64,000 nt of DNA, from NCBI GenBank assembly GCA_040954595.2, contig CM082596.2, forward strand, positions 842,736-906,735, written 5' to 3'. Shown in pieces: positions 28,501 to 37,848 of the stretch. Every line of letters starts with the position of its first letter. Within the stretch, counting starts at the first letter, position 1. Origin of the DNA: Balanoglossus misakiensis (Eukaryota > Animalia > Hemichordata). The position numbers and the translations under genes were made by a program. The notes beneath the pieces were generated by a model. That model was given only the letters and a program-made list of their open reading frames with translations, did not search any database and was not told the origin of the DNA.

Positions 28501-30990
28501 AAGATGCGTGGGATCAAATTGATTGGAATTTTGAAGGGGAAAATATTGAGCTATTCTCTCAGGGAAAGAAATCAATTGATATTCCAAGCATGCTGTTCTC
28601 AATAATGTAACCTAGCCTGATCTCTATATATTTCTAAAAACACACTGATATGGAGACCAGGCTAAATGTATCCATACTATGACATTTATATTTGCAATAT
28701 AAATGTCAGTAATTATCCTTCTTTTCAGCGATATCCAGCATAAAGTAGCCAGCATGTTTTAACAATACTGTGAAATTTTATGATCTAAAATAACAAATAG
28801 ACACAGTTTCCAATTTGGTCTTACCTATCTTAAATGACCAATCTCCCATTTCCTTCTTTTTCAAATTTCTATGCAAAGCGTTTTCTAAATAATCTTAAGA
28901 CATATCAAAGAGTACCCCTCAGTTTGATTATACTTAGAAATGCATTGGTTTACAGTCCTGTTTTTTTTTAATTTAAATGCTGCGTAATTCGACATCTCGA
29001 TTATGCAGTCCCCTGAAATAAGCTAACTTAAATAGTGTTTGGCCATCAGCAGTTGCTGATTGTTATTCCACCATGACACATGCATATATATATTTTATTG
29101 AATAATCTTTGTAATTAACGTAAACTGAATCATTCTGCCTTATGTCTTGAGTTGGTTCCCATGTAAAATATGTCACATATCCTCCTTTTGCTTTCCAGCT
29201 CAATATAACAGCCGTAAAGTAAACAGCTTGTTAAATTTTCACACTGTGCAAATTAAACCAAACCATGAGTGTTAGCGTGTATCATTAAATACCATCTATC
29301 ATTTTATTGGTTTTACACAGACTGAATCAGAACCCAATGGTATACCTGTACATTTGCCGTCGATATCTGAGGATGAGGAGTATGAGGATGAGGATGAGGA
29401 GAATGATGAAGATGATGATGACCATGATAACGATGAAGACAGTCTCAAGTCTCCCGTGACCCAGAAGAGAAGGAAAGCAGTGACCAGGTTAGAAATTCCA
29501 AAAAGTTCTTTATCAGCATTTCCGGTCGGTGGCGGGGATCTAAGTCCAAGGTGAGCACATTACAGTCTAAGATATTATTGCAACAGTGTCTCATCCCAAA
29601 GTCATTTTTCTTAAAGGATGTATACAAAAGATAATTACACTTGGTTATATCGAATTATATTATATCATGCTACCATCTGCCATTCTGATTGGACGAGAGC
29701 TCAATCCAGCGATGCTAAAATACTCATATAGCACTGCTAAAAGGCTTGTCAGGCTAGTAACATCAGATCTATACAAGCTCAACATGACAAAAAAGTTAGA
29801 GGGTGTCGGACACTACAACATCCTGAGGCACCAATGGAACAGTAATCGACAATTGTATTTGTTAAAGATCTGTCCTGACCATGCAGGTAAACAACTTGAT
29901 ATTTTTTTTCAGGTTTGTTGATGGTGTTGAAGACGATAATAATCAATACAAGAACAAGACTTTTGATTTTCCGACAACAAAATTAGCAAGCAGGAGTCGA
30001 AGCCCAGTATTAACCCGAAGAGCTAGACTGATGAACAATTACCATGACAACAATATGAGGACCAGTTTGACTTCACCTCAACTCTATCAAGGTAAGTCAC
30101 ATGTAACATGTTTAAGAAAGATACTGGGAATGTATAGTTGAGAAATGATATTTCTTGGACCCTCTTTCACAAGTCAGCTTTGCAAAGTAACAATTCACTT
30201 GTGTTGATTATCTTGGCACAATGTATGGCTCAGTGAACTTGGTGATGGAGTGTTATTTGTTTTTGCAGGAAATAAATCGGACTCCAATGAATCGTTAGCA
30301 GCAGCGGATTTGAAACATGAAGTGGAGTACACTAGAAACAGTGTAGAAAGGTTAGATAAACAGGTGAGTGCAGTGTCTTTATAAAACCTATCCAACCAAC
30401 AATCCATCCATCCATCCATCCATCCATCCATTCATTCATTCATTCATTCATTCACTCACTCACTCACTGCCCTGTTTTTATCACACTTTCCATTTCCCCA
30501 GGTCTGCCATCTCAGTCAGGATGTAGCAAGTCTCAGCCAAGATTTGAGGTCAGTCATTCGTCTGCTTCAGATGTCAACATCACCTCCAGTTGGAGCCAGC
30601 TCTTCAGACAACAACCACAACAACGTGCCAAATCCATCAAATACACAGAGAAACAGACCAAGTGCACTTCAAGAAACTTCATTCCCAATACGGCCAGGGA
30701 CACAGGTCAAAGAGGCACCAGCGCCGGACCAATCAGGGAAGGTTCAAGCGACCGGAAGTGGTCCTCCCAAACCTCTACCTCCACCCCTGGCACAGACACC
30801 AAATGTCTGGCAGAAGAGGGATATCTTTGCCACGCCAAATATCACAACCAGGCACGAAGCTCACATCCCATTGAAGCCTGTCAAAAGTACTAACTTAGAT
30901 GAGAAATTAGATTCTCCTCCAGAGGAACGAAAGCTTCTGCAGATAGACAGTATTGAATATGATTCGGAGTGCAGTGGAACAGACCTTTAG
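19592..30990 (+). CDS. KCNH8: Elk-subfamily (KCNH3/4/8-like) voltage-gated potassium channel, multi-exon, 5' coding exon missing from window
   Basis: GT-AG exons with consistent phases: 19592-19825, 20048-20176, 20419-20606, 22009-22249, 22860-23017, 23962-24166, 25157-25339, 25541-25740, 26092-26341, 26698-26806, 26998-27109, 29321-29550, 29913-30091, 30269-30363, 30502-30990 (TAG). PAS domain ([29 protein letters not shown]; [29 protein letters not shown]), Elk-type [17 protein letters not shown]4 [16 protein letters not shown], pore [13 protein letters not shown]-linker/CNBHD ([26 protein letters not shown]), [10 protein letters not shown] motif and C-terminal coiled coil. Symbol denotes the Elk ortholog group, not a specific vertebrate paralog. 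Confidence 0.95.
24273..24480. repeat. diverged two-copy tandem duplication, period 113 bp, in an Elk intron
   Basis: gaagac(a/g)ttctaatcg...tgtgggtttga...gattgatga...tacgcacagaa...ccatctaa at 24273 and 24386. Confidence 0.8.
27673..27693 (+). CDS. candidate 21-nt microexon of the Elk channel (EDNEKPS)
   Basis: Pyrimidine-rich ...cttcttcactgatcag acceptor, gtaagt donor, length a multiple of 3, open in phase 0 matching the flanking exons. Confidence 0.65.
27923..27940 (+). CDS. candidate 18-nt microexon of the Elk channel (RLYRKR)
   Basis: T-rich tract then ...aacag acceptor, gtaagt donor, phase 0, 6 codons. Confidence 0.6.
28440..28472 (+). CDS. candidate 33-nt microexon of the Elk channel ([11 protein letters not shown])
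   Basis: tag acceptor (weak tract), gtaagt donor, phase 0, open; an alternative aag acceptor would give 28452-28472 (PARRRAR), also in frame. Confidence 0.45.
28613..28664. mobile_element. tiny TIR remnant (17-bp arms, TAG...CTA ends)
   Basis: tagcctgatctctatat / atatggagaccaggcta, 2 mismatches. Confidence 0.45.
29199..29213 (+). CDS. candidate 15-nt microexon of the Elk channel (LNITA)
   Basis: Strong cctccttttgctttccag acceptor, weaker gtaaag donor, phase 0. Confidence 0.35.
30402..30468. repeat. compound tetranucleotide microsatellite (CCAT)n(TCAT)n(TCAC)n
   Basis: Direct reading, in the last Elk intron. Confidence 0.9.
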
Positions 30991-31948
30991 AGGAACCATA
31001 CAGCACTTCTGAGGAACATCAGTAGTTTAGAAATCCGTAGAGGGTAGTGAAAATGTCTTTAAATATAGATACCAAGTATAGTATTTCTTGCATTGCTATA
31101 TTGTATATGTTTCCCACACATGGGGAATTTCTGTAAATTTCATGAACTTCAAAAAAAACTACAACCTGTTTTAAAGGTGTATTTGAATTTCAAAATAAAT
31201 ATAATTTATGTTAGAATTTAACATTTACGCATAGGTGTAAATTATCTTGTATATCACAAGGCACACCTTTTTACTGTTAAATACAAATTCTTTCAAGATT
31301 TCAAATATTTTCAAATTTTGATATTTATTTCAATATGTAAATATTTAAGCATCCCTGCTACTTTTGTATACACTTTTTTCCATTATTAATGTTCCTGGAA
31401 TCTTTTATGTGATGTAAATTAATCTCGTGACAACCATTTCCGAGCACTGTAAGTCATAATGTGTTTGTGAGTCACGTTTATTTTATATTTTCTCAAAATC
31501 TTTGCACAATTTATGTTTTCTCGTAGTCACATAGTGTTCATGTTTTTTTCTCTGCCCATTTGTATCCAACAAAAATTGTGTCAAATTTCCAAAATACGTC
31601 TCTTGAAGAGAAATTAAATGTACATGTATACTGTTCAAGAAGGAAGATTACAAATAATTTAAGACCATCATTACTGTAGATATCATTGTGTTTCCGGTAG
31701 GGATAGCAAAACCAAAATGTCAACAGATTATTCCAATTTTAACATCAAGTTTTCAAGCAGTTTTGTATTTATTTATTGTAATTAAGACCATGATTTGCAT
31801 TGCTACGCCTAAACCAATGCAGATTATGATGGTCAACTTATTCATTCCTCAAAAATATGCTTTCATTTTTGGTAATACTATGGTAACAATTCTAATTTAA
31901 TAACTGGTGGTAGGGACTGTGTGGTTGGGTTCTACCCAATCTGATTAA

Positions 31949-32096
31949 AATCAGATGTACAGTTGGTTCGATCTTTACAATTTACTGGTTCTTTTTTGCT
32001 GAACTGTTCTTGGATGTCCGCCCTCTGGAGAGCATCCGAGAACAGAACAGCAAAAAAACAGCACATGTAAAGATCGAGCCAACTCTACATCTGATT
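31949..32096. repeat. long imperfect inverted repeat (~65-bp arms, 16-nt loop), MITE-like
   Basis: aatcagatgtacagttggttcgatctttaca...tttgctgaactgttcttggatg pairs with catccgagaacagaacagcaaa...tgtaaagatcgagccaactctacatctgatt. Confidence 0.85.
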
Positions 32097-33397
32097 ATCT
32101 ACTTTTGTTTACTTTTTTTGTCTTATTTATTCATTATCACCAAGAGCTAAATGTGCAATATTCTGATATAAGACTTTGCGTAAAATGAAATATAATATAA
32201 TTTTAAACACAGGGAGACAATTATATCATTTAAAATACAACATTTATTTCATAAATTATATTTAGCTGTCATAGTCAAGGTTTGCACCTTCTATGCATTT
32301 GAATACATTGTTTCTCGTCTAGGATTAAGTTGCACTTTATATTTTATTTGAAATTGCCCTACCGGTAATAATATATTCAGATAACTGAAATATCTGTCAT
32401 ATATGTTTCTGTGGATCTCATTGTTTTGTCCAACCAATTTTAAGTTGATTTGCATCTGGTCTTGTGTATATACCACATTACTTGGTGCACAACAGGTGTA
32501 GACCCTAAGTGTTCTGCCTTTGGTGATCACATTCAAAAGTTAATAGCTTGAAGGAGAAAGCTCAATATCACCATCATGATTTTGAACAACTTCACAAATT
32601 GCAGGCATCCTGCGCATTTCATCTTCTTAACTCGATATTCTGCTTGCCTCTTAGTAACCGCATTCCACTTTATGAACTGGTGTTGCAGTTTAGTTTTCTT
32701 GTTTTATCATAGTTACAGGTATTTAGATGGATTTTGTTATCTTCTGTAAGCATTTAATGTGTTATTGCCCGGGCCTTTAACATTGCAGGCAGCAAAAACA
32801 TGTGTTGCCTTACCAGTTTCTATATTGTCATTTACACCTCATGGGGGCGCTGTCTTTAGAATATACATTTGTATTATAGATTTGGGCAGCTCTCATTCAA
32901 AAAGTTTATGTTGATGTTGATAAGTCATTAGTAATGTGCTCCTGGTATTAATATCAAAATCTTTTTAGTTATCAAATTAATCTTGTTGTACCAATACAAA
33001 TAAGATTTCACCGCGCATGCCTAGTACATTATCTTCAAAATTCTAGAAAAAATCTGAGTTAAAAACTACATAAAAATGATGTGCATTCAACCTCTATCAG
33101 CTGTATATCAAATGTTTCTCGCTATGTGTTGTAAATATACTACATTTTCAGTACAAAAGTTTGTTTATTGAAATACTGCAGGAAATAATTTGGATCAGGC
33201 ATAACTGGAATTTTATTTGTTGGAGCTCTATTCTATTTCTGAACCTGTACATTTTAAAAGTTTATTAAAATTTACTACTGATCGCTTAATGATTGCCATA
33301 AGGTTTTCTTTGCATGTATATACTCCTGTATTTTATATTAACGCACCCTAAAACAAAAGGTGTGCGAAAGGAAATGGTTTTCTTAATAGCCATTTCA

Positions 33398-34070
33398 AAG
33401 GGCGGTGCCATTTTGTTTTACTGTCTAAGGTCACGTGGGACAGTTCGATGAGTAAACTTTTCTGATTGGCTTGGCCGCAACCTAATATGGTAGTAGCTCG
33501 TTTGATTGGCTAATCGCAACTGTGGTTCATGCATAATTCATTAGTACACATGTCGTTCTTGTTAGTGCACTTCAGGAATGTTGCTCACGTGCGAGGATTT
33601 GCTACTTGGATATATTTCTACGGACTTAAAGATGGATACAATGTATTCCACTTTTTCGGATAAAACGCGAAGTGCAAGAGGACGTGTGTATCATTTAATT
33701 TGCCAAAGTGAACCGCGGTTACGTTTCATAGTCATGCAAAAGGTAGTTTTATAGTTCACCCATAATGCCTTTGACCGATAATTTGTGAACATTGAAATTT
33801 TTGACACGGAATTGTGAAACAGGGTTCTTTGTGCCAAAATCCAGGATATAGGATAGGAAAGTCTGGATTACGGCTGTTATCACAAGTACGGGGATATATT
33901 GAATACTCTGGTAAGTTATTTTCTTGTCAAGAATAATTTTACCCCCCCCCCCCCTAAACATGACGCGCGTGCGACCGACGTGTGTCGGAAATTAAAGATG
34001 GCGGATATAAGTGAGTACAAACAATGAAAGGTGTTACAATGTAAACAAGTTATGAACAATGGATACTTAG
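33398..34070. promoter_or_regulatory. CpG-enriched promoter-like island without an obvious gene
   Basis: GCCATTTT and AAGATGGCGG (YY1-like), GTCACGTGG (E-box), two GATTGGCT (CCAAT boxes), CCCATAATGC (ZNF143/Staf-like), CpG-rich relative to flanks. Confidence 0.4.
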
Positions 34071-34283
34071 TAGCATGTTTGAAACTCGTAAGTACCATAT
34101 TTGCTCAAGGCAACGTCCGACAATTCATTCTGGAAATGGAGGATAAAAACGAAAGTCGTCGTGCTAAATTTTGACTTTCGTTTTGGCGACAATCGTTTTC
34201 TAAAACGGCTGTCGGTCGTGCCCAACGACAGTTATAAAACATGTTCACGTAAAACCTCGTAGAGCAACATTTCTGTTTCATAT

Positions 34284-36146
34284 TTATTCATAATTTTTGC
34301 AGTGTGCGCCCGGTTTTTTCAACGCATCTTGCAACGCTAGTTTGTCCAGCGCTGTGTACTCGGAATCAAAGTCGTAGCCCATAACGTGTGCCTGTCCAAT
34401 TAACCAATCATAATCCTTGCATGACACGTATGTTTCCATCAGTAGAGAAAAGAAACCTGTTGAGAAAAACAAACGTACAAAAAGAACATTTTTATGGGAT
34501 AGGCTAGAAATTGACATTTATTCTTGTAAAGTGTAATAATGAGCAGTGTTTTAAGCGCCCCATCAGATTTGTTTTGTCAGTAGTGACAATTACATTTAAT
34601 GGTGATTTTAATTAATTTTTCCACGAATTAATTTAGCTGTGGAAACGCAGCCAGCTACACCTTTGAGGGTTGGGATATGTTAATTACCCCCAACGGTGCA
34701 GCTGCGTTTCCAAAGCTAGAATTAATTTTACTCTGTTGTCATGCAAACCATAACACAACTAAACTTCATCAGTTTTTTAAAAAGTTATCTGCGCAATGAT
34801 GTCTTGTTTTAGAGGAGACGTACCTGTACGATAACCAATCTTGCAGTGCATTAGAACTTTTCCATACTTTTTAGCTATTTCCATCAGTTTGTCTTTGTTG
34901 ACATGAAAAATTTCAGTGCCCTCGTGACCACAGGGGTAAGCTGTGAAAATAATATTATGTTTTAAGGATAAGTTTCGAATCTAACAGCAGAAAGTCTGTG
35001 TTTAACTAATTATCTGTCGTATTTAAACTTTGACAGTCAATTGAAAAGGTATTGACTATAAACAAAAATAAAGTAACATTTCATTTAAGTATAACAATGT
35101 TTAAAACCCAACTTACGAGCTGGAATATGAAAATACGGGATCCCAGCCTCTTCAAACGCTTGTCTTTCTAATTCTTCGTTATAGCCAACATCGTCACCGA
35201 ATTCATTTTCATTTTGAACTTCGAAATTCAAGGGTGAAACGGGCGATATGTAGTCGTTTGATTTGCTAGGATCTCGTCGCGATTCTAGCAATCTGAGAAA
35301 AAATTGCCGCTGTCCTTTGTAGTAAGTTTCTGTGTAACATGGGATGTTCAAGAGAGTCACTTCTTCTTGTGTCGGATTTCCAGACTCAACTGATGTTTTT
35401 CCCTGTCGCATGTTGATCACTGCTTTGAACCCGGCTTTTTTCACCTGTGGCACATCAGTTCGTAAAATTTGCCCTGCATCAAAAAACGTCGATGAAACGT
35501 GCTTCGCCGGCCAGTACTGCCGCCAGTCCGACAGGTTACCGGGTGATTTGGTTTTTAAAGCAACAGGTGGTTCTCCTGTGACACTCGCAACCAAAGACAC
35601 AACTCTCTCGTTGGTATCGAACTCGTACCCCATCGCCTTACCTATTCGGAAAAATTCTTCTGTCTGTGTTTTACCTTTTGACGCCAACTTCTTGGATCGG
35701 GCCAGTTGCAACAGAACGGTCAATGTGGACAGATATGAATCCTTGCAAAATATAAGAACAGGCTTGGGCAGACCCTTTGCGGCTTCGGTAAATTCATCAA
35801 TGTCACTCACCGTTGGGTAGTCACGCTTGTCGCCCACGAGGAATTTGACCCCGAGTACATTTCTCGCCATTTGTTCGATTTCTCGATTGCCAGGCAAATA
35901 CTCATGCCCTATCCACGCCGGCTCGTTGCTGTTCATCAGGGAAACTATAGATTTGAATCCCATTTCGACGGCGTACTTGAGCTGTCGCTCAGATAATCTT
36001 CCTGCTGTGAAAAACTTCGGTGTTATTCGTTTGGCCCACCATACCTTGGCTGGGTTAAATGGAGCTGGAAATTGTCCCGACGCGACCCTCAACGCGACAA
36101 CGAAAATAAGTAGATGTCGCAAGTTCGTAATACTAATAGTCAACAT
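34284..36146 (-). CDS. secreted protein with two tandem DUF442/Blh-like (phosphatase-fold, sulfurtransferase-like) domains, 439 aa, 3 exons
   Basis: Exons 36146-35117, 34940-34824, 34456-34284 (TAA); both introns GT-AG phase 1; 1320 nt total. N-terminal hydrophobic signal peptide (LLIFVVALRVASG|Q). Internal duplication: WWAKRITPKFFTAGRL..GFKSIVSL..PVLIFCKDSYL..MGYEFD versus YWPAKHVSSTFFDAGQI..GFKAVINMR..AGIPYFHIP..KVLMHCKIGYRTG..MGYDFD, matching the DUF442 pattern I recall (GF+S+INNR, AG+.Y.HIP, VL.yCrsG.R, GY+). Gene structure is high confidence; family call is moderate. Confidence 0.8.
34626..34727. mobile_element. short palindromic MITE-like element in intron 2 of the DUF442 gene
   Basis: aattaatttagctgtggaaacgcagc...cacc pairs with ggtg...gctgcgtttccaaagctagaattaatt. 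Confidence 0.55.
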
Positions 36147-36270
36147 GTTTTCGAAGTGTAGGGTTTAGTCTAGTCGTATGCCCAGTTGCAGTCAAAATCA
36201 TGCGTCCCTTTCTACCAAGTATATCACGTTCTCGAGGCCAAAATAGAGGCGTGTGCATTTCAACGCGAGC

Positions 36271-36278
36271 CTTTTATA
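36271..36278 (-). promoter_or_regulatory. putative TATA box of the tandem-DUF442 gene
   Basis: TATAAAAG on the minus strand about 125 bp upstream of an ATG in AAACATG context. Confidence 0.4.
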
Positions 36279-37848
36279 AACAAATATGGACATCATCAAT
36301 TATTTATTAACGGAGGTCAGGAGGTCTAAGCAAAGGTGCACCTAGTTATAGTATAGTATAGATTGAAAGATTCAGCTGGAGTGCTTCAGCATTTTCATGT
36401 CATATGCATGGATTGCTGGCCAAGAATAATATTCAACAATTCTAAATGTATCCATATACAGGAAATAAAAATTACATATGTATGTCCCTGTCAGTTTTTC
36501 CTATAGTCATGTTTGGGGGCGCTCTCTTGTGTGAACATTGCAGAAATCACACAAGTCTCAATTGGAAGTGAATTCAATTTATTTTAATTAAAAAAACCAT
36601 GCAATCTAGTGTACCACTGTAAAGAACAGAGAAATACAGAGTATACACATGAAACATTTCCTGTATGAATAACAGGTGAAACTGACAAACTCACCGTTTG
36701 AGGTTAACTTTACCGGTTAAATCTGGATGAACTAAGAATAATGCAAAATCAATTGATTAGTTTTATACAGTAATATTGTAGTGGCCCTATGACTTCAGAG
36801 AGACTTCCGGCAAACTTCAGAGAGAAAATAAATCCTGTACAAAGTTTATTTGAAAGCAGCTTGACATAGATAACTTCAGCTACTGATCTAAGGAAAATGT
36901 ACAATTTAAAATACATTCAGGAAGAGGAACATTGATCTACAACAACCAAGTCATGTTTGTAAATTATTTAAGATTTGTGTAGTGACCATATACCGGTATG
37001 AATTATGTCATATCAACAATGTACCACGATGTAAAGATCACTTAGAGGTTATAGGTGTGGCTTTTGCATAAACATGTTTTTATGGGCAAGATACTATGTC
37101 CTTTATTAAGAATATGAAACAATTAAATAATTGAAAACCAGATTTGAAAAGCAAACTAAAATATAAACAGCAGCATTAATGGTACCAAGAATAATTGAAA
37201 ACTCAAGCAATGTTTCTTAAGGTGTTATAGTATTCAGTTGTAAACTTTTTCTAACATTTTGCTCAAGGCAAAGCTGTCCTCAGGAGACAGACAGAAGAAA
37301 AACTAAAATGTTAATGACACATCTAAAAATACGGGGAGGGGGAAATGTTTTGGTAAAAAAAGAGAAAAGTTAGCTTCATAAATTATTTTGTAAATTTATC
37401 CTCCAAACCACTGGAAAGAAAAATAGCTGTGAAAAATGTTACACTAATTATCATTCCCCTCGTAACTAATATCAAGTTTTTTAACACGTAAAACCAACAT
37501 ATCCACCGAATAAAACTACTATAAAAGCATCCTGTAAAAGTGTAAACAATGAAGTAAGCTAACCAATTTATATATGTTGGGTATCAACACAATACCACAA
37601 CACGAAATTCAATGATTTTCACTTTCGGGTTTTATTCTCTCTATTTCAAAGTGTTCTATCTTACACCTAGCTACTTTTATTCCTTGCTGGTAGATTTTAC
37701 TACACTCAGATGCTACTCTATCATTTTCAAATTCTCTTGTATATGTCTGTTAGTTCCGTTTTAAAACTAACTGTCGCGATTTCAGTTCATGACCAAGGAC
37801 AAGGTTTATTTCTATTGTCTTGGTGGTTCCACGTGACGTGTTGCGTTA

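Noticed and set aside
34025-34027. In-frame TGA as selenocysteine in MADISEYKQ*KVLQ
   Set aside because: No selenoprotein motif context and no SECIS recognised; the ORF is short
35085-35116. ORF-track C-terminus RKLGFKHCYT*
   Set aside because: Read-through into an intron beginning gtaagt; splicing supplies the missing Cys loop and MGYDFD motif
35344-36168. Plus-strand ORFs of 158 and 113 aa
   Set aside because: Antisense shadows of the DUF442-like exon
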